A DNA stretch of 64,000 nt from IMG/VR virus record IMGVR_UViG_3300012314_000001; one strand, given 5' to 3'. Below the pieces are notes generated by a model. It worked only from the letters and a program-made list of their open reading frames with translations, ran no database searches and was not told where the DNA came from. This DNA comes from a virus. Shown one piece after another: positions 36,474-46,243 of this stretch (position 1 is the first letter of the stretch; the number at the start of each line of letters is the position of its first letter). A program made the position numbers and the translations under genes.

Positions 36474-38444
36474 TTAAACGTACATCCAGTGGTCACCCAT
36501 GAAGTTAGCGTCCGAGCCGAGAAAAACTTCACGGCCCGCAGCAGCATTAAGCCAGTCTGGTGGGGTGACCATGATTTCTTGGATTTCTTTTTCTGCCTCC
36601 GAGTCTACAACAAGCTCATCGTGAATAGCGAGAATGATGGCGTCATCGAGGCCTGCTTTGTGGATATTGTTGATTGTTTCCGACAGCATGGAGTAGGCGG
36701 TTCCTTGCACAATGTAGTTCATGGCGCGGTAGCCCACATACGGGTCGGTATCCCAGGGCCTGTTATTGTCGGGGAAGTTTTCTGGCACGGTCAAACCACG
36801 CCCGTCAACGGTGCGGATAAATCCTTGTTTGCCTGCGACGTTTTTAACCCGGTTGAGGAAATCAACGGTGGGCTGCATGGCGGCGTTGTACTGGTTTTTA
36901 ATGTTGGTGGCTTCATCTAGAGATACACCTAAGTTGGACGCCAACAGAGCCTTTCCTTGGCCGTACATATTCGCCAGCACCACTGTTTTTGCTTTTTTGC
37001 GGCCTGGGTGGTCTTTGGCTTCCTTTTCGCTAAGTTCTTGTGGGATAAGGCCCGCGATTTTAGCGGAAGGGATGTACAAGTCGCCGCCCTTATTAAAGTC
37101 AACAAGGTAGTCAAAATCGTGTGCCACGTTGGTAAGCACAACAGGCTCAATGGACGACCAGTCAATGGATGTCCAAGATCGTCCTGGATCGGCATGCAAA
37201 ATAGGTCGGGCACGATCCGGGAATTGCTGAAGCTCAGGATAGCGGTAAGACATGCGGCCTGTGGCGTGAGCTCCAAGTACTCCTACCTCGGGGTGGACTC
37301 TGCCGGTAACATTTGCCATGGCAATGATTTTGTCCAAGTAGGTCAGAATCTTGTCGTGTTCTTTAAGGTCGGTGGCGAGTTTGATAAGTGGGTGGCCGAG
37401 TTTTTTGGTTTCCTTTTTCGACGCGGACAAGAGTCCCGATGCGGTAATCGGCCAGTCGGAGGGCAAACGGTCGGTGTAGTGCAGGTAGTTGATTACTTCC
37501 TGGGTGATTTTACCTGGTGAGGAGTCTAGGCCGAGGTCTTCAAAGACGGACATTTTCTCGTCCTTTGATTTTTCAAACTCGGCGCGGAAAGAGTGCGCGT
37601 AGTCCAAGTCGGCGTAGATACCAATAGCGGATCGTCGCATCATAACGTGGTTGGTGGTTTGTTCGCGTTGGATAAGGCGACGGATCTGGTCAGCGGGGTT
37701 TCCTGTAAATCCGGCAGATGGTGCGCGGTTGGCAAAGTCGCGTTGTTGGTTGTACACAGCATTGTACAGGGGGCGCAAAAGCCTCAGTGTAGCAACAGTA
37801 TCGGCCATGGCACCTGCCCGGTAGACGGGGTCAATAACAGTGGAGTTGCGGAAACCCATATCCGCTTTGGTGTATTTTTCACCAGTCACCTCATCTACTG
37901 CGGTTTCGTACCCCATGACTGCAAACGAGTCAGCAATTTTGCTGTTAATTTCTGGGAAGTTACAGAACTGGGTGGACAAAGTATCGAGGTCTCGACCGCC
38001 TTTTTGGGCAGTATTGTACATGCGGGCAAGAACAAGGGTGTCCCAAATTTTATAAATGTGGTCAAGTTCCATCAAACGGTTCTGGTACAGGCCAGGAACG
38101 TCGTAGGGGGCGTTATGGAGGACGAGGATTCCTGCGGCGTCAATAAGCGTAATGATTGCTTCGCGCTGGCCGGGGTTTCTAGGGTCAAGGAAGACGTTGA
38201 TGGTGCGGTTGTTTTCGTCCCATGCGGCGGTCACACAGCGGATGAAGAATTTTTCCAGGCCTTTGGTTTCAATATCAATGGCAACGGTCAGACCTACGGG
38301 TGGGTCTTGTTCGATTTTGTGTGCCGCATCTTGGGCAATGTAGCAGTGTGCTTGGGTGGTGGGGTTGTAGTAGGTGTCGCTGTCTGCCCCGAATGTGGAG
38401 TGAGGGAGGGTGAGGGTTCTTTCGGGGATGGGGAGGTGCGGCAT
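36474..38444 (-). CDS. family A (Pol I-like) DNA polymerase with N-terminal 3'-5' proofreading exonuclease, phage/plasmid type
   Basis: Exonuclease motifs AIDIETKGL and LVLHNAPYDVPGL. Polymerase motif B RKKAKTVVLANMYGQG and motif C ILAIHDELVVD. Confidence 0.8.
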   Translation of the reverse strand: MPHLPIPERTLTLPHSTFGADSDTYYNPTTQAHCYIAQDAAHKIEQDPPVGLTVAIDIETKGLEKFFIRCVTAAWDENNRTINVFLDPRNPGQREAIITLIDAAGILVLHNAPYDVPGLYQNRLMELDHIYKIWDTLVLARMYNTAQKGGRDLDTLSTQFCNFPEINSKIADSFAVMGYETAVDEVTGEKYTKADMGFRNSTVIDPVYRAGAMADTVATLRLLRPLYNAVYNQQRDFANRAPSAGFTGNPADQIRRLIQREQTTNHVMMRRSAIGIYADLDYAHSFRAEFEKSKDEKMSVFEDLGLDSSPGKITQEVINYLHYTDRLPSDWPITASGLLSASKKETKKLGHPLIKLATDLKEHDKILTYLDKIIAMANVTGRVHPEVGVLGAHATGRMSYRYPELQQFPDRARPILHADPGRSWTSIDWSSIEPVVLTNVAHDFDYLVDFNKGGDLYIPSAKIAGLIPQELSEKEAKDHPGRKKAKTVVLANMYGQGKALLASNLGVSLDEATNIKNQYNAAMQPTVDFLNRVKNVAGKQGFIRTVDGRGLTVPENFPDNNRPWDTDPYVGYRAMNYIVQGTAYSMLSETINNIHKAGLDDAIILAIHDELVVDSEAEKEIQEIMVTPPDWLNAAAGREVFLGSDANFMGDHWMYV

Positions 38445-38529
38445 GGTTTTTGTGCCCTCCTTGGGTTGGTTGTTGGTTTTTGTAATAGGGCTTTATTCTA
38501 GGGTGTGTGCGGCGGGTTTGGCAAATTGT

Positions 38530-38931
38530 TTAGTCGGTGTAGTTGACGGTGTAGATGCCTGTGGATTGTTGTTGAACATCAAAGATGAGGCAGTAGTAGT
38601 GGCCGGGCATGGGTGTGGTGTAGAAGTGTGCGGGTAGTTCTTCTGGGGTGATGTCGTTGAAGTAGTTGAGGGTGTGGAGTTTTTCGGCGGCTAGGAAGCC
38701 AGCAATGCAGATGACGTCGCGCACGTGTGTAAAGCCGTGTTTCTCAAATGCGGTATCGAGGCTGCCGTCGTATTCTTCTACCGCTAGGCCAGTTTCTGCA
38801 TCTAGGAATGCAGATTTAAGCACAGGATCTGCATCTGGGTACAGGTTGGCAAGGCACACGTTTTTACCTGCTTCTTGTGCGGTGTTTACAACGTGGCGGA
38901 TAGTGTCGTCGTCATACAGTGTGTAGTCCAT
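38530..38931 (-). CDS. hypothetical protein (133 aa)
   Basis: ORF. Confidence 0.4.
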   Translation of the reverse strand: MDYTLYDDDTIRHVVNTAQEAGKNVCLANLYPDADPVLKSAFLDAETGLAVEEYDGSLDTAFEKHGFTHVRDVICIAGFLAAEKLHTLNYFNDITPEELPAHFYTTPMPGHYYCLIFDVQQQSTGIYTVNYTD

Positions 38932-39011
38932 GGGTACTATTATACAAATGGTTCACGGGATGGATACTTGAATCCTCCCCACGGCTAAAGCCGGGGGATT
39001 CCCGTCTAAAA

Positions 39012-40139
39012 CTACCTACATCCCAAAAGAGATGCAGGATTTACGCTATCATCAACGGAAGGGTTGAAACCAGCCCTTAACAGCATATTACGTGCCGCAT
39101 TAACATCACGATCAATAGTGGTACCACAAAAGTCACAATGAAAAACTCTTGTACCCAGATCTAACTTGGCCTTGGCTCTCGTACCACAGTTAGAACAATC
39201 CATCGTCGTGTAATGAGGATCAATAACAAAAACGTCACTGCCGAATGTTTGGCACGCAGAGATAAGCTCCCGCTTTGCAATACCAATACCAATATCGGCA
39301 GACTTTTTTGCCATATTTTTCTTCTTAAACAAAAACGTCGACTTAAAATCCTCCACAGCAACAGTCTTATTGTGACGAGCTACATGCTGAGCCCATTTAC
39401 GAGACTGTTCCCGCCTTTGTCTTTTTACTCGACGCTCCAGCTTGGCTTTCTTCTTTTTAGCCTTACGATACTTCTCCCACTCTTGTTTGGCTTTAAGACG
39501 AGCCATTCGACGCTGATATTTAGCTAACGCTTTGGCGTTTTCTTTAACACGTGGTGTGTATCCTAAATCGAAACCAGGACGGGAGGTTGTTGCTGGGGTT
39601 TTAACTCCCCAGTCAATGCCGATCTGTCCGTCATTGTCACGAGAACGTGTTTGTGGTTCAGTGTCTACAACAAAAGACGCCCACCAGTCACCGCACGAGT
39701 CTTTAAACACTCGTACAGAACTTGGTTCAGACGGAAGGTTTCTAGACCACACCACAGGGATAACAATGTTTCCTGCTAGTTTTAGTCGCCCAGCTTTGGT
39801 GATGCTAAATCCTCGTGTGGTGTAGTTGAGTGAGGGTTTGTGGATTCGTTTTGATTTAAAGCGTGGGGCTTTACGAATCTTGTTGAAGAATGCTTTTTTA
39901 GCAGTTATGAAGTCCCTAACTATTTGTTGTTGGGGAACTACTGGCTGATCACGTAGCCATTCGTGTTCTTTTCGCCATGTAGTTACTTGTTTCATTAGGG
40001 AGGTTTGGTTTGTGTTTTCGCGTTTGTTGAACACTTCTACACACTGATTCCAAATCCAACGACACGTAGCATACTGCTGGTTAAGACTGTGTTGTGCAGT
40101 CTTTCCAGGTCGTAATTTGTACGTGTAGCGTTTCTTCAC
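39012..40139 (-). CDS. tnpB: TnpB (IS605 OrfB-type RuvC-like, RNA-guided nuclease family)
   Basis: RuvC-I IGIDWGVKT. C-terminal zinc finger CSNCG...CDFCG. RuvC-III DRDVNAARNM. 375 aa. Confidence 0.8.
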   Translation of the reverse strand: MKKRYTYKLRPGKTAQHSLNQQYATCRWIWNQCVEVFNKRENTNQTSLMKQVTTWRKEHEWLRDQPVVPQQQIVRDFITAKKAFFNKIRKAPRFKSKRIHKPSLNYTTRGFSITKAGRLKLAGNIVIPVVWSRNLPSEPSSVRVFKDSCGDWWASFVVDTEPQTRSRDNDGQIGIDWGVKTPATTSRPGFDLGYTPRVKENAKALAKYQRRMARLKAKQEWEKYRKAKKKKAKLERRVKRQRREQSRKWAQHVARHNKTVAVEDFKSTFLFKKKNMAKKSADIGIGIAKRELISACQTFGSDVFVIDPHYTTMDCSNCGTRAKAKLDLGTRVFHCDFCGTTIDRDVNAARNMLLRAGFNPSVDDSVNPASLLGCR

Positions 40140-40566
40140 ACGAACAGTATATCAGAGTGTCTGATTACAAGGACTGCGGGTACCGAAGCAACAAGAATGT
40201 GGTATATAAGTGCCATTTCCACGTTGTGTGGTGCCCTAAATACCGAAGAAAAGTACTACATTCTGGTGTTGACACTCGTCTTAAATAGCTAATCCATGAA
40301 GTATGTGAAGAATTACAGTGCCCTCTTACCGAGTTAGAAGTAATGCCAGACCATGTGCATTTGCTGGTAGAAGTAGATCCCCAGTTTGGTGTTCATAGAC
40401 TTGTTAAGAGGATTAAGGGCAGGTCTTCTCGTGTTCTTCGTGAGGAGTTTCCGTGGCTTAAAGTAGGGTCCCTACGTTGTGAACTAATTCTTATTTTGTC
40501 ACCACTACAGGAGGTGCTCCACTCCATGTGGTTAAGAAGTATATTGAGGGTCAGAAGAAGGTATAG
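40094..40566 (+). pseudogene. tnpA: IS200-type TnpA (HUH Y1 transposase) remnant, interrupted by an in-frame TAG (40286-40288) and a later frameshift
   Basis: N-part YKCHFHVVWCPKYRRKVL. After the TAG in the same frame: LIHEVCEELQCPLTELEVMPDHVHLLVEV (HUH motif). The conserved C-terminus YFVTTTGGAPLHVVKKYIEGQKKV is found only in a different frame after EFPWLK. Confidence 0.7.
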
Positions 40567-40873
40567 TAGTACGTATCAATTCCTCCCCACAGCTAAAGCT
40601 GGAGGCTTCCTTGATACGTCAGGTGACTTCAGCCGCGTATAAGGGAGCGAACCGTCTATGGCTCTTTACATAATTCAGGATAGTTCCTTCCCGCACTGGC
40701 CCAATGGTTTCGCAGAAATAACCTCCCGTCCACATAGTTGAACCTCATTGGTTCGCCGCGTGTTTTAGACGACGATGTTCGCAAGGCGAAGAACAAGATT
40801 CGACTGTTGTTCCCCGATGCGCTGCCCCTCAGCGCGAAGCAACTGCCACGTCGCATAGCCAGCCCGTTGTTCC

Positions 40874-41362
40874 TTAGACAAGAGTCCACTCCATTGTGTA
40901 GTCCATCTGCTGCAGTACTCCTGTTTCAGCGGACTCTACCGGGGCAGCAAATACAAAGTCCGTTCCCAGCTGACCACGGCCAGCATCAGGGAATTGTTCG
41001 TGAGCCTCATTCGCGTTTGCCAAAGCGGCAATCCGCCGAGCAATATTTTCTTTAAGCTCGGCGTAGGGAGCACTTCCGTGCTGGATACGACCATCTACTA
41101 CAAAGTGCGCCACATACGCTTCAACGGAGTTTGCGTACGCACGAATCATCTTCATTGTGTGGTTCTTCTTCCCAAGTCCCACCAATGATTCAAACTTGGT
41201 GACAACAGAGCGGTCGACACCCATGCGCGATGCCACCTCGCTTTGCGTCATACCTCGCAGTTTTCGAAACTCCACGAGTTGCTCAATGAGGTCCATTTGC
41301 GACCCGATGAGGTCCCCGGACAACGCATCCTTCGGCTTGATAGTTAACTTCGCCATTATCAA
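40874..41362 (-). CDS. XRE-family helix-turn-helix transcriptional regulator (possible repressor)
   Basis: HTH LRGMTQSEVASRMGVDRSVVTKFE. Confidence 0.55.
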   Translation of the reverse strand: MIMAKLTIKPKDALSGDLIGSQMDLIEQLVEFRKLRGMTQSEVASRMGVDRSVVTKFESLVGLGKKNHTMKMIRAYANSVEAYVAHFVVDGRIQHGSAPYAELKENIARRIAALANANEAHEQFPDAGRGQLGTDFVFAAPVESAETGVLQQMDYTMEWTLV

Positions 41363-41603
41363 TTCACCTCTGCTTCCCTATGTTCCATCCCATCATAAGC
41401 TATGTGCATTAAAATGCACATCCCTATTTCGGCCATGGCCGAAAAATGACCCGGTTTTTCTGACACCATCGCTTCCCTAGACGCATAGCCCGCAAAATAT
41501 CTCGATCCTGCGCCTCGTTAGTCCTATGAGCTCCCTGACGCGTGTCATCAAAGATCCGCTTTTCTTTACACAAGCTCACAAGCATCTGGTGAGGGGTAGG
41601 TCA

Positions 41604-42083
41604 CTAGAAATCCGGCTCTTTACCCCGCGGCCAGGACCCTAACCAGTCGGGCACGTCTTTGCCTGCGGAGTAGACAATGTAGACCCCAACTTTGGGGAAA
41701 TCTTCATTGGGGTAGATCTCGGCCATGTTTACTTGGCATACTTGACCGTCATCAAAATACGCGACGCCGGTTAGTCCGTCGAGTGTGGCGCGTAGTTGCT
41801 TATCAATATCGGGCAGGGTGGTAACAAACGGGGTGTATGTTTTAGGCGCGTTGGCCTTAGCTTTGCGCACAAAAATAATGACGAGGCTGATGGGGCCTTT
41901 TTGTGGCCGTATACCCGCGGCTAGTGCCGACATTTTCACCGCTTGTCGATAAGGTTTAACTCGCGCACTGGATTCACGCAGCACAGTCTTAGGTTTCTTC
42001 GACGGGTCTTTAGGCCGGGTTGTAAACGCTGTTTTGGAGCCCTGGGGTGCTGCTTGCATAGGCACATAAAACTGTTTTTTCAA
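41604..42083 (-). CDS. RusA-like Holliday-junction resolvase
   Basis: LPDIDKQLRATLDGLTGVAYFDDGQVCQV, compared with RusA [25 protein letters not shown]. Confidence 0.55.
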   Translation of the reverse strand: MKKQFYVPMQAAPQGSKTAFTTRPKDPSKKPKTVLRESSARVKPYRQAVKMSALAAGIRPQKGPISLVIIFVRKAKANAPKTYTPFVTTLPDIDKQLRATLDGLTGVAYFDDGQVCQVNMAEIYPNEDFPKVGVYIVYSAGKDVPDWLGSWPRGKEPDF

Positions 42084-42169
42084 CGAAATGGCTCCATTCG
42101 CACATAGTCCTTAAATGCTGTATTCTTCTAAGCATAGCAACCTGAAGTCAACCAGAAAGAACAAATTTC

Positions 42170-42874
42170 ATGCCTGTCCCCCGCCTCTTGTGCTCCTTCG
42201 ACCTTGAGACCACCGGCGTTGACGTCACTACCGATCGTGTTGTCACCGCAGCATGCCTCGATATTGACACTGAATCCAACAGTCAGACCCTGCACACGTG
42301 GCTGGCTGACCCTGGCGTTGAAATCCCCACCGAAGCCTCCGACGTACATGGTATTACCACCGACATCGCGCGCCGGGATGGTGAGGATCACGACAAGGTC
42401 ATTGATGAGGTCATTGCCCATATTTACGACTCGTGGAAGCAGGGCGCGGCTTTGGTAGTGTATAACGCCGCCTATGACTTGTCTATGCTGCATGTGCTCT
42501 CCCACGGCGCGTTCAACATTCATGGGCCTGTCATTGACCCGTATATCATCGACCGCGGTGTGGAGCCGTATCGTCGTGGTAAGCGCAAGTTGGTGAACTT
42601 GTGTGAGGCCTATGGTGTTGAGTTTAACGAGTCTGAGGCCCACGCCGCTGACTATGACTGTTTGAAGGCCGCGGAGTTGGCGCAGCAGCAGTTGGATGGT
42701 CGTGAGTTTTCTGGCGGGGTGCCGTCTGAGGATATGCGTGAGTTGTATATGCAGCAGGTGGGCTGGTATCGGGATTGGTTTGTTGGGTTTAAGGAGTGGA
42801 TGGCATCGCAGGGCCGTTCTATTGATGGTGATGAGGTGTGGCCGATTCAGCGTCGTGCGCAGGAGGCAATTTAG
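42170..42874 (+). CDS. DEDDh (DnaQ-like) 3'-5' exonuclease
   Basis: Exo I CSFDLETTG, Exo II LVVYNAAYDLSML, Exo III HAADYDCLKAAEL. Confidence 0.75.
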   Translation: MPVPRLLCSFDLETTGVDVTTDRVVTAACLDIDTESNSQTLHTWLADPGVEIPTEASDVHGITTDIARRDGEDHDKVIDEVIAHIYDSWKQGAALVVYNAAYDLSMLHVLSHGAFNIHGPVIDPYIIDRGVEPYRRGKRKLVNLCEAYGVEFNESEAHAADYDCLKAAELAQQQLDGREFSGGVPSEDMRELYMQQVGWYRDWFVGFKEWMASQGRSIDGDEVWPIQRRAQEAI

Positions 42875-42875
42875 A

Positions 42876-43160
42876 ATGTCGGCACGGGTCTATCCGCGGT
42901 TTCCAGTATTGTTGCGTCGCCCTTCTGCACGGTATGGGGCGAAAATCTCCTCGGACGGTGTGGAGTATCATGGCCGTGGGTCCACGCCGCGGGAGGCTTT
43001 TGAGTCTGTTGCTGCGATAGCGGAGCTTTTTGATGGCGTTGAGTTTAAAGGTAGGGTCGCTGATCCTAGGAACCCTGTTGTTGAAGACGCGCGGGCTATT
43101 GGCATTATGATAAAAGCGGCTGCGAAGCATGTGGCTTCAAAGTTGAAGAGGGAAAAATAA
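42876..43160 (+). CDS. hypothetical protein (94 aa)
   Basis: ATG preceded by aggagg, overlapping the upstream stop (translationally coupled). Confidence 0.45.
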   Translation: MSARVYPRFPVLLRRPSARYGAKISSDGVEYHGRGSTPREAFESVAAIAELFDGVEFKGRVADPRNPVVEDARAIGIMIKAAAKHVASKLKREK

Positions 43161-43477
43161 TGAAGTCTCGACAGGAATACAGGTATGTTGCTCGCAGGGC
43201 TTTGGACTCGGATAAGAAGTTTTTGGCACGAAATTATGGCGACAAAGTCAAATACATAATCAATTTTTCCGAGAAAGGACACCTGGTATCCCGACAGTAT
43301 ATTTGGGTAGAGGATTTCTCTGAGCCGGGCGAGACTCTTGTGGTACTAGAAAGTTTTTACAATGGCCGCAGTTTCCACGACCCTTCGTCGAGCGTATTTA
43401 AGGCATGCAAGAAAGCAATTGAGCGTCTTTTAGCCGAAGAAGACGAAGAAAATCAGGACTCTAGCGCGACTATTTGA
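43160..43477 (+). CDS. hypothetical protein (105 aa)
   Basis: ORF, start overlaps the upstream stop. Confidence 0.4.
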   Translation: MKSRQEYRYVARRALDSDKKFLARNYGDKVKYIINFSEKGHLVSRQYIWVEDFSEPGETLVVLESFYNGRSFHDPSSSVFKACKKAIERLLAEEDEENQDSSATI

Positions 43478-43790
43478 GGGTGACACCAGGTGTGGAGTCC
43501 ATGCACTCAAACACCTGGTCGTAGCCGTCTGTACGAGAGGTAATCGGCTCCATGTTTGTGCGTGCTATAACCCCAGACACGAGTGTAGCGCGCATAATAT
43601 CCACAAAACGCTGCGGGTCTGCGGTGTGCTCTACTGTGTCGTGGTACTCGGGGGTGAAAAAGCTTGTATCGCCGTAAACAACGCGGGGGAAGACTTCATC
43701 GGTTTCCACATCGGAAACTGTCTCACCTAGGTAAATGCTGGCGGTGACAGCAGTATCGTGGGGTGTGACGGTGATAACGAACGAGTCCAC
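43470..43790 (-). CDS. hypothetical protein (106 aa)
   Basis: ORF. Confidence 0.35.
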   Translation of the reverse strand: MDSFVITVTPHDTAVTASIYLGETVSDVETDEVFPRVVYGDTSFFTPEYHDTVEHTADPQRFVDIMRATLVSGVIARTNMEPITSRTDGYDQVFECMDSTPGVTLK

Positions 43791-43813
43791 TAAAATCCTC
43801 CTAGGCGTCTAAG

Positions 43814-43886
43814 CTCCCTCAACTGGGCTCGAACCAGTGACCCTTCGATTAACAGTCGAATGCTCTGCCAACTGAGCTATGAGGGA
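43814..43886 (-). tRNA. tRNA-Asn (anticodon GTT)
   Basis: Reverse complement: acceptor tccctca/tgaggga, D-arm gctcagttggcagagc, anticodon stem ttcga/tcgaa with loop ctgttaa, T-arm actggTTCGAGCccagt. Confidence 0.75.
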
Positions 43887-43948
43887 TTATGTAGCCCGGC
43901 GCGGTGTTGTGTGAGTATGGGTGCGCGCCGGGCACAAGAGTTAGTGTA

Positions 43949-44956
43949 TCAGTTTTGGGAGCTGGTGTGCAATTCTTGGGGTATGTGCATGCGGGTGTCG
44001 CGCATAAAGTCTTCTATCTCCCACCCCCAAGGGCGTGTTTTAGCGAAGTCGTCTACCGCTGAGGTGACTCCTACGGCCCAGTAATTGTTGTCACTGTCCA
44101 TAGCGAAAATGGGCCCTCCAGAGTCACCGCGGTCGGAGAGTCCCCAGAACCTGAAGCTGCCGTTGTTAGTGTCGATAATCTTTCCGCAGGAGAATCCAGT
44201 AGTTCTTCCTAGGTGACATACGGTAAGCCCTTTGTCCATTGCTTTTTGTGCAGACATGACTCCTTTAAATGTTGTTCCGGCTACAGGTAGTGTGGTCGAT
44301 ACCCATGCTGGATTGGTGATTTTGATAAGCCCCGTGTCGTCTCCTGCGATGAAGGTTTCCTTGTCGTCTTGGTAGCGCACACGGGTGTCTGTCATGTGGC
44401 CTATGATTTCGTACCTATTTGAGGTTTGTTCGTAGATGGCGAATGTGTCGCCTCTTTTTCCACAGTGTCCTGCTGTGAGGATGTAGAGTTCGTTGTCTGC
44501 ATTAGATACGATGTATCCGGCGCTGCAGTAGTATCCATGGGTGAGGTTTTTGATTTCCGCGCCGGGGAATATGCTGTGGGGTTTTTGGAGTTGGGGGAGC
44601 CAGTCGACGGAGTTATGGTAGGTCATTCCTTCGGGGTTTTTGGTTGAGGTTTTGTTGTAGGTGGTGTCGTTGATTGTGCCGGTGGCGTGTCCTTTTTTGT
44701 AGGTGCAGTCGATGGTGGCTCGGTGTTGGTTGGAGTCGTGGTCAGTGTAGGTGAAGGGGATGGTGGCGGTGCCGCGTATTTTGGAGTTGGTGTTGTCGAG
44801 TGTGGCGGTTGGGGGTAGTCCTTTGTTGGTGAGGTGTTGGTTTACGTAGTTGGTGCAGGCAAGTGTCATGGAGTCGGTGAGTTGGGTGGGCAGGGTGCAG
44901 CTGGTGGTAAGGAGTGTGAGGGTGGTGATGAGTAGGGTGGTGAGTTTTTTGTTCAT
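43949..44956 (-). CDS. secreted trypsin-like (S1 family) serine protease
   Basis: Signal/lipoprotein-like leader (LLTTSC). His motif LTAGHCG, Ser motif GDSGGPIF. Confidence 0.8.
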   Translation of the reverse strand: MNKKLTTLLITTLTLLTTSCTLPTQLTDSMTLACTNYVNQHLTNKGLPPTATLDNTNSKIRGTATIPFTYTDHDSNQHRATIDCTYKKGHATGTINDTTYNKTSTKNPEGMTYHNSVDWLPQLQKPHSIFPGAEIKNLTHGYYCSAGYIVSNADNELYILTAGHCGKRGDTFAIYEQTSNRYEIIGHMTDTRVRYQDDKETFIAGDDTGLIKITNPAWVSTTLPVAGTTFKGVMSAQKAMDKGLTVCHLGRTTGFSCGKIIDTNNGSFRFWGLSDRGDSGGPIFAMDSDNNYWAVGVTSAVDDFAKTRPWGWEIEDFMRDTRMHIPQELHTSSQN

Positions 44957-45037
44957 GTTTTTGGGGTGGTTTGGTGGTGTTTGTTGTTAGGGTTGTGGTG
45001 TTAGCTTTTGTCCAGTTATAAGAATTGAAGATTCAAT

Positions 45038-46243
45038 ATGTTTAAAAAAATTGCCGCTTCTAGTATAGCAACACTTCTTGTCGCAACGCCACACGTAGCC
45101 TTCGCCCAAGAAGCACAACCCGTCAAAGTAGGCGACCACCTGGTCCTTAAACTCGCTGACAAAACCCACCTGTGCTCACCTGGCCTTCTCGTAGGTAATG
45201 TGCTGCTTACCGCGGGACATTGTGGGCCTGCAGGAACCCCTGTATTTGATGAAAACGACAACCAACTCGGAACACTCGAATACTTCCCCGAAAACCCTTA
45301 TGACAAGGAAAGCACTGCCGCTAACGATAAGGGCTACGTCAAGCTCAATGTGCCTACTTCACGCGAGGGTGGACCTGTAGATCCTAAAGACCTAGAGCCG
45401 TACTACGGCCCAATTGACCAGGACAATGACGAGGTCTGCGCCTGGAGCACTATGGCAAACGAAGAACGGTGCGGCAAGATTGTGGGCATGTACCCTGGCA
45501 GCATTGATTATAACTTCACCATGATTAAGGGTGATTCAGGCACTGCTGTCTACATTAAGGGCAAGGGGACGATTGCTACTCACGGTGTGTCGAACCACGA
45601 AAATGGTACCGCGTATGGTTCTTTGCTTCCGTCCATGGACGTGATTAATGATGTGACGAAGCCGGAGTATCCTGACGCCCCAGCAGAGGAGAGCCCTGAT
45701 GCACCTGTGGAAGAAACCCCGGAGGATGCAGCAGATAACTCCGAGAACCCCGACGCGGCTGTAGAAGAAGGTACTACAGACAACACCTCAGAGGGCCCTG
45801 CAGAAAATGATTCTGAGGAATCGGACACCCCAGTAGACAACGATTCTACAGACGCTACCTCTGAGAACCCAGAAACCCCTACGGAGGGCACCACAGGCAA
45901 CGCTACTGGAAGCACAGACACACCCGCATATGAAACCACAGACACTACTTCTGAGAACCCAGAAGCTCCTGTGGAAGAAAACCCCACCGACACACAAGAA
46001 ACACCCACCACACTAGACCCCCACAAAGTCTACGAGCAACGCGTTCAGCCGCCAGCACCAGATGCTGAAAACAACTACGCGGTAGGAACCCCTGAACAAA
46101 AAACACCTAGCACCACTAACGAGAACAACACCCAGCGCGCGCTCGCATCCACGGGTGCCAACGTGCTCCTTATCGCAGGTATCGCCGCACTACTGCTCTG
46201 TGTCGGCATTGCCGTTGCACTGTTCCGCAAAAACCGCCACTAA
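45038..46243 (+). CDS. LAxTG cell-wall-anchored trypsin-like (S1) serine protease with acidic low-complexity stalk
   Basis: Signal peptide. LLTAGHCGPAG and KGDSGTAVY. E/D/T/P-rich spacer. LASTGANV + TM + FRKNRH. Confidence 0.8.
   Translation: MFKKIAASSIATLLVATPHVAFAQEAQPVKVGDHLVLKLADKTHLCSPGLLVGNVLLTAGHCGPAGTPVFDENDNQLGTLEYFPENPYDKESTAANDKGYVKLNVPTSREGGPVDPKDLEPYYGPIDQDNDEVCAWSTMANEERCGKIVGMYPGSIDYNFTMIKGDSGTAVYIKGKGTIATHGVSNHENGTAYGSLLPSMDVINDVTKPEYPDAPAEESPDAPVEETPEDAADNSENPDAAVEEGTTDNTSEGPAENDSEESDTPVDNDSTDATSENPETPTEGTTGNATGSTDTPAYETTDTTSENPEAPVEENPTDTQETPTTLDPHKVYEQRVQPPAPDAENNYAVGTPEQKTPSTTNENNTQRALASTGANVLLIAGIAALLLCVGIAVALFRKNRH

Larger units (their letters stand above)
38950..40640. 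mobile_element. IS200/IS605-family insertion sequence (about 1.7 kb): tnpB intact, tnpA decayed
   Basis: Divergent, overlapping tnpA/tnpB. Similar subterminal hairpin-containing ends on the same strand at 38974-39003 (cctccccacggctaaagccgggggattcc) and 40582-40610 (cctccccacagctaaagctggaggcttcc). Confidence 0.65.

Noticed and set aside
40286-40288. Idea that the in-frame TAG in tnpA is read by the element-encoded tRNA with anticodon TAG (amber suppression)
   Set aside because: Anticodon 5'-TAG-3' pairs with codon CUA, not UAG. An amber suppressor would need anticodon CUA. tnpA also has a downstream frameshift, so it is a pseudogene.
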